From positions 1 to 41,883 of the forward strand of contig JBBCAW010000030.1 of the NCBI GenBank assembly GCA_051382295.1: DNA of 41,883 nt. Direction: 5' to 3'. The position numbers and the translations under genes are program-made. Origin of the DNA: Bdellovibrionota bacterium FG-1 (lineage in GTDB: Bacteria; Bdellovibrionota; UBA1018). Of the stretch, positions 18,356 through 27,892 are shown piece after piece. How positions within the stretch are numbered: position 1 is the first letter of the stretch; each line of letters opens with the position of its first letter. The notes beneath the pieces are model-generated. The model did not search any database. It had not been told where the DNA came from and saw only the letters and a program-made list of their open reading frames with translations.

Positions 18356-20446
18356 ATGCAAAAAAATCAGCGAAAAGGGTTGGCCGCACTGGGATTGTTT
18401 TTGACCTGTTTTGCCGGAATGGGGTTAGAGCGGTCAGCTTTCGGCGATGAGGGAATGTGGACGCTCAATGGTTTTCCGACTGCTGAAGTCGCAAAAAAAT
18501 ATGGTTTTCAAGCCACTCAACCCTGGCTTGACCATGTCCGGCTCTCATCGGCTCGGTTAGCTGGGGGATGTTCGGGTAGCTTCGTCTCTGATCGGGGCCT
18601 GGTGATGACCAATCACCATTGCGCGCACTCTTGTATAGAGCAGTTATCCAATGCGAGCCGTGATTACGTCGAAACCGGATTTTTCGCGAAAACTCAAACG
18701 GATGAAGTGAAGTGTCCTGAGATTGAAGTCAATCGGTTGTTAGAGATCACCGATGTGACCGCTAAAATCAATCAGGCCACGGAGGGTCTGGATGGGCAGG
18801 CTTTTAATGATGCGCAAAAAGGTGCGATGTCTAAAGTCGAGAAGGAGTGTTCTAAAGGCGCGGATGATGTTCGATGTGAGGTGGTCACGTTGTATCATGG
18901 CGGAAAATTTAATCTCTATCGATATAGGCGTTTTCAGGACGTGCGATTGGTTTTTGCCCCTGAGTTGTCGATCGCTTTTTTTGGCGGAGATCCCGACAAT
19001 TTTACCTTCCCTCGATACGATTTAGACGTGTCTTTTTTGCGGGTTTACAGCGATGGAAACCCTATTCAATCGAATGATTATTTCAAATGGTCCACGCAAC
19101 CCGCGAAGGAGGGGGATTTGACCTTTGTGACCGGGCATCCTGGCCATACGTCTCGCACTCTAACCGTTGCGGATTTAAAATTTGAGCGAGATGTGTCTTT
19201 AGTCCAGGCGATTTTCTATGCTTCTGAAATGCGCGGCATTTTGACTGAATTTAGCGCAAGGGGCTCTGAGCAAAAACGAATCGCAGGGGATCTGCTTTTT
19301 GGGATCGAAAATCGCCTCAAGGCGTTGAAGGGTAAATTGAGCGCATTGCAAGATCAGTCGTTTTTTGACCGAAAAACCAAGGCGGAAAATGATTTAAGAA
19401 AGAAAGTAAATGCCAACGCCAAACTTAAAAAAGCCTATGCGTCGGCCTGGGGTGAGATCGAAAAAGCAGAACTGCGAGCGCGGGAGCTGTTTTTTCCTTA
19501 CGTTCAGCTTGAAAGAAGCCGTGATTTTCAGTCTCAGCTCTTTCGAATTGCCCGCACCTTAGTGCGAGCCTCGGTGGAGCTGCCTAAGGCCAATGAGATT
19601 CGGTTTCGAGAATTTACGGATTCCAAACTTCCGGAGTTGAAGCAACGGCTATTTTCGGAGGCGCCGATTTATAACGACCTGGAGGAAACGATGTTCCGCT
19701 TTGCGCTCACGAAGGCTCGTGAGCTGCTCACGATGAATAGTCCGGCAGTTAAGGCGATTTTTGGCAAGCGTTCTCCTGAGGAAATTGCGCGGGATACGGT
19801 TAAGAACACTCGTCTTAAGGATGTGGCTTTCAGAAAGGCGCTTTTTGAAGGCGGCCAAAAGGCAATCGATGATTCAACCGATCCGATGATTCAGTTTGCC
19901 AAATTAGTGGATACGGAGGCGCGTCCTGTTCGAAAAAGATACGAAGACGAAGTGGAAGCAATCGAAAAAAAGAATAACGAATTAGTCGCGAAAGCAGCCT
20001 TTGCAATCTATGGGGACAAGACTTACCCCGATGCGACTTTTACCTTGCGAATCAGCTATGGTCAGATCAAGGGTTATTCGGAGAACGGGACTTTCGTAAA
20101 ACCGGTGACGACTATGGGTGGCGCGTATGACCGACATACGGGGCGTGATCCCTTTGCTCTTCCTGAAAGTTGGCTCAAGGCAAAAACGGCTGTGGAGATG
20201 GCCACCCCTCTGGATTTTTGTTCGACCAATGATATTATCGGCGGCAATTCGGGCTCGCCCGTGGTGAATTCGGCCGCCGAAATTGTCGGGCTGATCTTTG
20301 ATGGCAACATTCAGTCCCTGGGTGGGGACTACGGGTTTGACGAAACCGTGAATCGCGCGGTAGCGGTGCATAGCTCTGCGCTGATTGAGGCGCTATCGCA
20401 TATTTACGGCGCCGATCGGATCGTGCGGGAGATCAAGCGCAATTAA
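18356..20446 (+). CDS. S46 family dipeptidyl-peptidase
   Basis: DEGMW, GGCSGSFVS..GLVMTNHHC, FGGDPDN..FPR, YPDATFTLR.SYG, DIIGGNSGSP, GLIFDGN. Confidence 0.95.
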   Translation: MQKNQRKGLAALGLFLTCFAGMGLERSAFGDEGMWTLNGFPTAEVAKKYGFQATQPWLDHVRLSSARLAGGCSGSFVSDRGLVMTNHHCAHSCIEQLSNASRDYVETGFFAKTQTDEVKCPEIEVNRLLEITDVTAKINQATEGLDGQAFNDAQKGAMSKVEKECSKGADDVRCEVVTLYHGGKFNLYRYRRFQDVRLVFAPELSIAFFGGDPDNFTFPRYDLDVSFLRVYSDGNPIQSNDYFKWSTQPAKEGDLTFVTGHPGHTSRTLTVADLKFERDVSLVQAIFYASEMRGILTEFSARGSEQKRIAGDLLFGIENRLKALKGKLSALQDQSFFDRKTKAENDLRKKVNANAKLKKAYASAWGEIEKAELRARELFFPYVQLERSRDFQSQLFRIARTLVRASVELPKANEIRFREFTDSKLPELKQRLFSEAPIYNDLEETMFRFALTKARELLTMNSPAVKAIFGKRSPEEIARDTVKNTRLKDVAFRKALFEGGQKAIDDSTDPMIQFAKLVDTEARPVRKRYEDEVEAIEKKNNELVAKAAFAIYGDKTYPDATFTLRISYGQIKGYSENGTFVKPVTTMGGAYDRHTGRDPFALPESWLKAKTAVEMATPLDFCSTNDIIGGNSGSPVVNSAAEIVGLIFDGNIQSLGGDYGFDETVNRAVAVHSSALIEALSHIYGADRIVREIKRN

Positions 20447-20599
20447 TCGAATTTTATAGAGTCGATTTCTGCCTGTCTAAATTTTAGTCACTCCTAGTTC
20501 TCTTGGACAGTGAGATATCTGGTCGCGTAGGCGTAGGTCGTTTATAACCCACCCCGGTACCCTTTTTAGAACGGTCTTTTTTTTGCAGAATACGCCCCT

Positions 20600-21376
20600 A
20601 TGAGGCTTGTGGCCGCCCTCTTGTTTTTGTTCTTTGGGACGTGCGCGTTTGCCGATTCTCTTCCTTGTCAAGAGACGCCCAATTTATATTTTGCCAGTGT
20701 GGACGCCCTTAAAGTCGCCCATGCCTGGATCGTTCAGCATTATGTTTTTGGCGATCAAAACAATGGGTCGCTCAGGCCGGAAATGAGCCCCTCTGTCTCT
20801 CCTTTTTTACTTTTCCCGTCGAATCCTCAGGATCCAAGCCCAGGGGTTTGGTTTACAGCCGATGTGAAGCACAATGATCGAGGAACTCCCGTATCAACAG
20901 TCGCAAAATTTTTTGACCGGCATGGCGAGATGCTGACTTTAACCGAAGACACTATCGAAGACATATATCTGGGGCAGATCTTGACACCCAACTCCTACGC
21001 CAAAGGTAGGTTGATTTTAGGCTCCAATGGCGTATCCATGGATGGACGTCAGTTTTATGAGTTTTTTCGTATGAGATTTAAAGACACAGGAACTCGTATA
21101 GGCTTGGCGGCAGGCTATTCTTTTTTCGATCGGGCTATTTCTCTTGATCGGGCTATTTCCATAAAACCTCCCGGCACGATGGAGCGGCTCAATCAGGGAA
21201 TTGAAGCCGGAGGGGGTATCCGGTTGATTCAGACGCTCGGGCGCCCCACAAAAGAAGTGAGTGCGCTCCCACAGTCCTTTGAGCTAACCGCTACCAGCGC
21301 AATAGGACCAGAGGTCAATGATGGCGTCCTTTCACTCGGGAGCTCAGGCTTTTTAAATTTTCAATTCAACTATTAA
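20600..21376 (+). CDS. Secreted hypothetical protein (possible outer-membrane protein)
   Basis: Signal peptide ending AFA; C-terminal FLNFQFNY beta-signal-like sequence. Confidence 0.6.
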   Translation: MRLVAALLFLFFGTCAFADSLPCQETPNLYFASVDALKVAHAWIVQHYVFGDQNNGSLRPEMSPSVSPFLLFPSNPQDPSPGVWFTADVKHNDRGTPVSTVAKFFDRHGEMLTLTEDTIEDIYLGQILTPNSYAKGRLILGSNGVSMDGRQFYEFFRMRFKDTGTRIGLAAGYSFFDRAISLDRAISIKPPGTMERLNQGIEAGGGIRLIQTLGRPTKEVSALPQSFELTATSAIGPEVNDGVLSLGSSGFLNFQFNY

Positions 21377-22575
21377 ACCGCGAACTTCCAACCGGTCTTT
21401 TTTGAGGCTTTGACGGTCATTTTTCGTTTTTTGAGGTGTTTGAAAAATTTCTCGGGTGGGACGGCAATTTCCGCCGGAATCGCGCCAGTTTCAGTGATTT
21501 CGCCGAGCGCGAGCATTTGAGCGGCGATGGCAGGCGGAGAGCCGGTATCAATGTCCAGACCTATCCCCCAGGCGGGCATGCCCGCCGTATGGCAATCGAC
21601 CACCCAGGTGATTTTTTTACCGTTTTTGATTCCTTTGACTACCGCTCTGACGACTTCATATTGTTTGAGTCGCCCCACTTGGCGAGTCGGAGGTTGAGTC
21701 ATCGCGACCTTGTTTACCACGTCAATGGGGGCAACCTGTACCGTTCCATCCGCTCCGGGGATTTCCATTTTGTCATGTGAAGCCATGCCGAGATCTCGCA
21801 AAAACCGCACGCGGTCTACAAATTCAGGATCGAAAGCGATTTTGAAGCTCACTTCTTTCACGCCTTTTTCTTTGAATGAAAGGGGTAAAGTCGCGACTTC
21901 CGAATGAATCGTGTACATCGGACGGCGAAGTCCGATCGGGGGTGGAAAACGATGGGGAACATCACCCGACATCGCCTTGACAAACTTGAATTCGCCTTTT
22001 GTGAATACCGCGGGCTCGTAAGAAAATTCTTCTAAAATAGTCTTGAGTGAATAAGACACGGCCAGGGCTTGTTTGGGTTCATAGCGGGTCTGGTCCATCG
22101 ACCCCACGCGCGTATGAATCTCGGTCACGCGATCGAGTTGATCGGCACCATGTCGCGAGAGAATATTGGTGATGCCAGGCGCGGCGCCCATTCCCAAGAG
22201 GGCAGTGCGTCCGATTTGCTTAAAGCGGTCGTGATATTCCAGCTGCTTGCGCGTGATGTGAAAAAGGCCACCCAAATCAACGTAGTGGGCTTTGGCTCGG
22301 AGGGTTGCTTCCATGACGTCCAAATTGAGTTGATATTGAACGCAATTGATCACGACAAATGCGCCGTTAAGAACCTGCGCCGCAGCCGCATGGTCTTTGA
22401 CGTTGATAAATAGGGCTGAAACACGAGAGTCTTTGAAAGATTGGGCCAACGCTTGCGCCTTGGGCAAGTCGAAGTCCGCAATGACGATTTCGTCGTGATC
22501 GCCCGAGGTTTCGACTAAATCCTTGACTGTGATTTTTCCCATGGCGCCGGCGCCACCGATGACAATATAACGCAT
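21373..22575 (-). CDS. Saccharopine dehydrogenase-superfamily oxidoreductase (lysine 6-dehydrogenase-like)
   Basis: GGAGAMG Rossmann motif, HYVDLGG, GMGAAPGITN, HSEVATLP, TGSPPAI. Confidence 0.85.
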   Translation of the reverse strand: MRYIVIGGAGAMGKITVKDLVETSGDHDEIVIADFDLPKAQALAQSFKDSRVSALFINVKDHAAAAQVLNGAFVVINCVQYQLNLDVMEATLRAKAHYVDLGGLFHITRKQLEYHDRFKQIGRTALLGMGAAPGITNILSRHGADQLDRVTEIHTRVGSMDQTRYEPKQALAVSYSLKTILEEFSYEPAVFTKGEFKFVKAMSGDVPHRFPPPIGLRRPMYTIHSEVATLPLSFKEKGVKEVSFKIAFDPEFVDRVRFLRDLGMASHDKMEIPGADGTVQVAPIDVVNKVAMTQPPTRQVGRLKQYEVVRAVVKGIKNGKKITWVVDCHTAGMPAWGIGLDIDTGSPPAIAAQMLALGEITETGAIPAEIAVPPEKFFKHLKKRKMTVKASKKTGWKFAV

Positions 22576-22580
22576 TTTAT

Positions 22581-24095
22581 TTAATCTCCGAGTTGGCCGC
22601 CATTTTGAGGCGGAAGTTTGCGGTTTTTATAGGGATACCAATAAGATTTTGCTTCCATGACGTAATCCATGTGCACGTGTTTGGGCTCTCGAAAAGCATC
22701 CAGGCCTTCTTCGCCCAGCTCACGCCCAATTCCACTCGCGCGCATGCCGCCGAAGGGGGCAGCATCGTTATCAGTGAGAGGGTCGTTGATCCAAAAGGTG
22801 CCAGCTTTGATGTTTTCCATGGCCCGCATGGCAATCTCTAAACTGTTCGTATAAACGCAGGCGCCTAATCCGTACTTGGAGTCATTCGCCATCGTGATGG
22901 CCTTATCCGTGTTTTGTGCGATTGTGATGGCTAGCACTGGGCCGAAAATCTCTTCTGTGGTGGGCAACGAGCCATGTTTGACATGAGTGAGAATCGTGGG
23001 TTCGAAAAAATGACCCCGTAGGCCATCAGGAGAGCAGCGCTTGCCGCCTAAAAGAACTCGTGCACCTTCCTTTACAGATTGTGCCACTTGGCGTTCAACC
23101 AGTTCCAGGGCTTGGGCCGAAATTAAGGGTCCGATATCAGTGTCGGTCTTTGCAGGATCTCCGAGTCGAAGGGTTTTGACGTGTTCTTCCAAACGGCGGA
23201 TGAAGGGCTCGGCAATGTCTTGGACCAAAATCACTCGTTTGGAGGAAGTACACACCTGGCCGGCATTGAGGAGGCGCGCCCAAGCGACCCCGGGAACCGC
23301 TACATCGAGATTGGCATCACTAAAGACGATAAAGGGATCAACGCTTCCCAGTTCAAGATTGACCTTTTTTAACTGGCTCCCGGCCATCGCCGCGATTTTT
23401 CGTCCCGTTTGTGAAGAACCCGTAAAGGCAATGAAGTCGACATCAGGATCTTGAACGAGCAATTCACCGGTTTGGCCTCCACCGGTGATCACATTTACAA
23501 CGCCTGGCGGCAAAACATCATAACACTCGGCCATGAGGAGATTGCTGAGTGGGTTTTGATGGGGAGGTTTGCAAACAAGCGTATTTCCTGCTGCCAAAGC
23601 GGGAGCAACCTTCCAAGACATGAGCAGAAGTGGAAAGTTAAAAGGGGCAATGGCCGCGACAACGCCAAAGGGTTCCTTAATGGTGAAATTGACTTGATGG
23701 GGGGCCACCGGAGGGATGGAATTTCCATAGCTTCGTCGTCCGACTTCGGCGTAATATTCAAAGGAGGCTGCCACCCAGTCAATGCAATCGATTGATTCGC
23801 ATAGCGGCTTTCCAGTTTCGAGCATGATGAGATGCGAAAGCTCGTGCTCTCGTTTTCTGATTCTCGCCCCCACTTCGCGCAGAAGTTTGCCTTTTTCGAC
23901 CCCAGGGGTTTTCCACCAAGCGTACTGGGCTTTTTTGGCGGCGGTGACAGCGAGTCTAACATCTTGCGCATTACAATCCGAGACCGTTCCGAGAAGCTCA
24001 AGATTTGCAGGATTACGGATTTCCATAGCCGTTTTGGATAGTGCGGTGATCCATTGGCCATTCACCAAAATAGGTCTGTGCTGTTTGCGCTCCAT
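22581..24095 (-). CDS. Aldehyde dehydrogenase
   Basis: PFNFP, FTGS, LELGS, AGQVCTS, EEIFGP, PFGG..SG.GRE; start placed at ATG 24095. Confidence 0.93.
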   Translation of the reverse strand: MERKQHRPILVNGQWITALSKTAMEIRNPANLELLGTVSDCNAQDVRLAVTAAKKAQYAWWKTPGVEKGKLLREVGARIRKREHELSHLIMLETGKPLCESIDCIDWVAASFEYYAEVGRRSYGNSIPPVAPHQVNFTIKEPFGVVAAIAPFNFPLLLMSWKVAPALAAGNTLVCKPPHQNPLSNLLMAECYDVLPPGVVNVITGGGQTGELLVQDPDVDFIAFTGSSQTGRKIAAMAGSQLKKVNLELGSVDPFIVFSDANLDVAVPGVAWARLLNAGQVCTSSKRVILVQDIAEPFIRRLEEHVKTLRLGDPAKTDTDIGPLISAQALELVERQVAQSVKEGARVLLGGKRCSPDGLRGHFFEPTILTHVKHGSLPTTEEIFGPVLAITIAQNTDKAITMANDSKYGLGACVYTNSLEIAMRAMENIKAGTFWINDPLTDNDAAPFGGMRASGIGRELGEEGLDAFREPKHVHMDYVMEAKSYWYPYKNRKLPPQNGGQLGD

Positions 24096-24193
24096 GCTGA
24101 AAAATTCCCTTCGATCTAAGTTAAAGTAAAACCTGCGAAACATCAATGTACTGATTTGACGGTTTCTTGAGGCTATGGTTTCATTAAGGACTC

Positions 24194-25075
24194 ATGGAAA
24201 AAACTTGGGTTTGGCTCACACCGGCTCTTATGGCGTTATTTTTGTATGGCATCGGCCAAGGGCTGGTGAAGAAGTGGATTGCTGAAGTTCCTCCTGCTCG
24301 GTTTTGTCTTTATTTTGTGGTGGCAAAAGCCCTGGTTAACTTGGGGTTCTTTTTCTCCAACGTCCACCCTGCACCCTTTGCGATTGAGGGGCGGGAGTTT
24401 CTTTGGGTGGGGATTTTGGCCTATATCCTCGATGGCACGGGTTGGATTCTCTATTTTCAGTCGATCGTCGCTGGCCCCATTACGATCGTAGGCACCTTGT
24501 CGGCGGCGTACCCCGCGCTCACTGTCGTTTTCGCGCGGGTTTTTCTGCATGAAACGCTGGCGCCTCTTCAGTACTTGGGCGTGGCGCTGGTGATTGGCGG
24601 GTGCCTGGGTTTATCGTATGCTCCGCCCGATCCCAATGCCAAAGTGACCAGCAAGCGGTGGATTCCTCTTTCGTTTTTTGCGCTGGTTCTTTGGGGGGCT
24701 GCTCAGACCGTCGTTAAGTATTCTTATGGTTTGCCGCAAGCGAGCGAGGTGAATCTCGCGTTATTTAATACCATCGGCGGGGCTTTGACCCTGGGGGTAT
24801 TCGGGTGGATCTACGGACGCAAAGGTGATCACTCCGGCATGGAATGGATAAGGTCTTTTTTGCCCATGGGAATGATGGCAGGGGGAGATCTGGGGGTTAT
24901 TCTTGCAACCCGCGCGGGTCCGATTTCGATCGTGACTCCGCTGACGGGCGCTTATCCCTTAGTCACCTTAGGCTTTGCGTCGGTGGTTCTAAAGGAAACA
25001 ATTACGAAGATTCAATGGGTGTGTATTTTGCTGATTATCACCGGAATGATTTTGAGCCCGGGAGCGGCCGGATGA
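24194..25075 (+). CDS. EamA/DMT family transporter
   Basis: About 10 TM segments in two repeats (GPITIVGTLSAAYP...FLHE; GPISIVTPLTGAYP...VLKE). Confidence 0.88.
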   Translation: MEKTWVWLTPALMALFLYGIGQGLVKKWIAEVPPARFCLYFVVAKALVNLGFFFSNVHPAPFAIEGREFLWVGILAYILDGTGWILYFQSIVAGPITIVGTLSAAYPALTVVFARVFLHETLAPLQYLGVALVIGGCLGLSYAPPDPNAKVTSKRWIPLSFFALVLWGAAQTVVKYSYGLPQASEVNLALFNTIGGALTLGVFGWIYGRKGDHSGMEWIRSFLPMGMMAGGDLGVILATRAGPISIVTPLTGAYPLVTLGFASVVLKETITKIQWVCILLIITGMILSPGAAG

Positions 25076-25094
25076 CGAAGGGAATTTGAGACCT

Positions 25095-26561
25095 ATGAAA
25101 AACTATAACATGTTCATCAATGGCAAATGGGTTGAGGCCAAGGCTAAGAAAACCCGCAGTATTACCGATCCGGGCAATGGCGAATTAGTCGCGCAAGTTG
25201 CCGAGGCTGATCGCGAGGACGCCATTATGGCGATCGATGCGGCTCGAAAGGCTTTTGATCACGGGTCGTGGCGCAAGATGACGGCGCTGGATCGCAGCAA
25301 GCTCTTGCTTAAAATTGCCGATGGAATTCGTGAGCAAGGTAAAATTCTCGCTGAGCTCGAGGTTCGTAATTGTGGAAAACCCTTGGCCGAGGCTGAGTTT
25401 GACGTCGCTGACGCCGCCAATTGCTTTGAGTTTTATGCTGGCTTAGCGACCAAAGTTCATGGCGAGACGATGCAGGTACCGGCCAATTCGTTGAGTTACG
25501 TGGTGCGCGAGCCGATTGGGGTTTGCGCGCAGATTATTCCCTGGAATTTTCCGCTCTTGATGGCCGCATGGAAGTTGGCGCCCGCGCTTGCGGCCGGAAA
25601 CACTTGTATCTTGAAACCCTCCGAGTTGACGCCTTTGACGGCTCTTGCACTCGCAAAAATCATTGAAGCGGTGGGTCTTCCCGAGGGTGTGGTGAATGTT
25701 ATTACCGGACCGGGCGCGGGTGCCGGCGAGGAGCTTGCTGTCAATGGACAGGTTGATAAGGTTGCTTTCACGGGCGGGACGGCGACCGGACGCAGGATTA
25801 TGAGTAGCGCCACTGGTAATCTAAAGAAGGTCTCTCTTGAGTTAGGTGGAAAAAATCCCAACATCGTCTTTGCGGATGCCGATTTTGAGTGCGCGGTCGA
25901 CGGGGCTCTTTTCGGGGCTTTTGCTAATCAAGGCGAAGTGTGTTCGGCGGGATCGAGATTGCTTGTGGAAAAGTCGATCCATGCGGCTTTGGTCGCGGCT
26001 ATTCTCAAAAAAATTCCCCGTATTCAGTTGGGGCACGGACTTTCTCCTGGCGTGAAGATGGGTCCTTTGGTTTCGGCCGCCCATCGCGAGAAAGTCGAAA
26101 GCTATATCAAGATCGGCATCGAAGAGGGAGCGACTCTGATTTGTGGAGGCAAGCGCCCTTCCGGCAAAGAATTTGAAAAAGGGAATTTTTTGGAGCCTAC
26201 GATTTTTGATGGCGTCAAACCGACGATGCGAATTGCGCGAGAAGAAATTTTTGGTCCTGTTTTGTCGATCATTCCGTTTGAAAATGAAGAACAGGCCATT
26301 CAGCTGGCGAATGACACTGAATACGGATTGGCCGCCGCAGTGTGGACCAAAAACGTGACTCGGGCCATTCGGGTGACTCGCGAGCTTCGGGCCGGCATTA
26401 TTTGGGTGAACACTTATCACCCGACTTATAACGAGTTGCCTTGGGGTGGCTATAAACAGAGCGGTAACGGGCGAGAGCTCGGCCTCTATGGCATTGAGGA
26501 ATACCTCGAAACCAAACAGGTGAACATCAATCTCGATGAAGCCCCGATAGGATGGTACTGA
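25095..26561 (+). CDS. Aldehyde dehydrogenase (betaine-/aminoaldehyde dehydrogenase-like)
   Basis: PWNFP, KPSE, FTGG, LELGGKNP, NQGEVCSAGSR, EEIFGP, PWGGYKQSG. Confidence 0.93.
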   Translation: MKNYNMFINGKWVEAKAKKTRSITDPGNGELVAQVAEADREDAIMAIDAARKAFDHGSWRKMTALDRSKLLLKIADGIREQGKILAELEVRNCGKPLAEAEFDVADAANCFEFYAGLATKVHGETMQVPANSLSYVVREPIGVCAQIIPWNFPLLMAAWKLAPALAAGNTCILKPSELTPLTALALAKIIEAVGLPEGVVNVITGPGAGAGEELAVNGQVDKVAFTGGTATGRRIMSSATGNLKKVSLELGGKNPNIVFADADFECAVDGALFGAFANQGEVCSAGSRLLVEKSIHAALVAAILKKIPRIQLGHGLSPGVKMGPLVSAAHREKVESYIKIGIEEGATLICGGKRPSGKEFEKGNFLEPTIFDGVKPTMRIAREEIFGPVLSIIPFENEEQAIQLANDTEYGLAAAVWTKNVTRAIRVTRELRAGIIWVNTYHPTYNELPWGGYKQSGNGRELGLYGIEEYLETKQVNINLDEAPIGWY

Positions 26562-27892
26562 TGACTATTCAACTTAAAACTCCGATTCCTGGTCCGAAAA
26601 GTCAGGCCTTAATGAAAGAACGGCTCACTCAGGTCGCTCGTGGGCCCTTCCATTCGACGCCGATTTTTATCGAACGCGCTAAGGGCGCGGTGATCGAGGA
26701 TGTCGATGGAAATCATCTCATCGACTTCGCGTCTGGAATTGGGGTCGTCAACGTCGGTCACACTCCCGAAAAGGTCGTTCGAGCGATCCAGGCGCAAGCT
26801 GAAAATGTTTTGCATGCCGGATTCAATGTGACGCCTTATGCGAGCTACGTTGAGTTGGCGAAACGCCTCAATCACGCTACGCCGGGAAATTTTGCCAAGA
26901 AAACCCTTTTGGTGAATAGTGGGGCTGAGGCCGTGGAAAATGCGATCAAAATCGCGCGGGCTCATACGGGTAGGCAGGCTGTCGTTTGTTTTGACCATGC
27001 TTTTCATGGTCGCACCTATATGGCGATGACTTTGACCTCAAAGGTAAAACCCTACAAAACGGGTTTTGGTCCGTTTATGCCCGAAGTTTTTCGAGCGCCC
27101 TTTCCGTATGTTTATCGATGGCCCAATGCCATTCAAGCCGCGCAAGTCGTTGACGAGTGTTTTAAGCGCTTCGAAGAAATGGTGGTTCACCAAATTGGAT
27201 CCAACAATGTAGCGGCGGTGATTATTGAGCCAGTTTTAGGTGAGGGGGGCTTCGTTCCTGCGCCCAAAGAATTTTTGGCTAAGCTTCGAGAATTCTGTAC
27301 AGCGAATGGGATTGTTTTGATTGCCGACGAAATTCAAAGTGGCTTCGGTCGAACCGGCACGCTGTTCGCCTCCGAGCAGCTCGAATGGGTGCCCGATTTG
27401 GTGACCATGGCCAAGGGACTAGGCGGTGGAATGCCGATTGCCGCAGTGACGGGTCGGGCCGAAATGATGGATGCGCCGGTTGAGGGCGGTGTGGGTGGCA
27501 CTTACGGCGGAAACCCAGTGGCCTGCGCGGCGGCCTTGGCTGTATTTGATCTGTTTGAGGACGGCTCACTGCTCAACCATGCTCGGGATCTTGGCCAAAC
27601 ATTGGCTAAGCGTTTGCAAAATTGGAAAGAACAGTTTCCGCTGATTGGCGAGGTTCGTGGCTTGGGGCCGATGCAGGCGATTGAGTTTGTCAAAGACCGC
27701 AAGACTCGCGCACCGAATAAAGAGGCTGCAGGTCAACTCGCCAAATACTGTTATGAAAGAGGACTGGTGATTTTAACTGCTGGTACTTATGGCAACGTGA
27801 TTCGTTTACTCGTACCTCTCGTGATTGAAGCCGATCAGCTTGAAGAGGGCTTAGGTATTTTAGAAAGCGGAATTCGGGAGCTCAAAGCATGA
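26561..27892 (+). CDS. gabT: 4-aminobutyrate/5-aminovalerate aminotransferase (class III PLP)
   Basis: DFASGIGV, NSGAEAVENA, FHGRT, EPVLGEGGF, DEIQSGFGRTG, AKGLGGG, GGTYGGNP; TGATG coupling to the upstream gene. Confidence 0.92.
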   Translation: MTIQLKTPIPGPKSQALMKERLTQVARGPFHSTPIFIERAKGAVIEDVDGNHLIDFASGIGVVNVGHTPEKVVRAIQAQAENVLHAGFNVTPYASYVELAKRLNHATPGNFAKKTLLVNSGAEAVENAIKIARAHTGRQAVVCFDHAFHGRTYMAMTLTSKVKPYKTGFGPFMPEVFRAPFPYVYRWPNAIQAAQVVDECFKRFEEMVVHQIGSNNVAAVIIEPVLGEGGFVPAPKEFLAKLREFCTANGIVLIADEIQSGFGRTGTLFASEQLEWVPDLVTMAKGLGGGMPIAAVTGRAEMMDAPVEGGVGGTYGGNPVACAAALAVFDLFEDGSLLNHARDLGQTLAKRLQNWKEQFPLIGEVRGLGPMQAIEFVKDRKTRAPNKEAAGQLAKYCYERGLVILTAGTYGNVIRLLVPLVIEADQLEEGLGILESGIRELKA

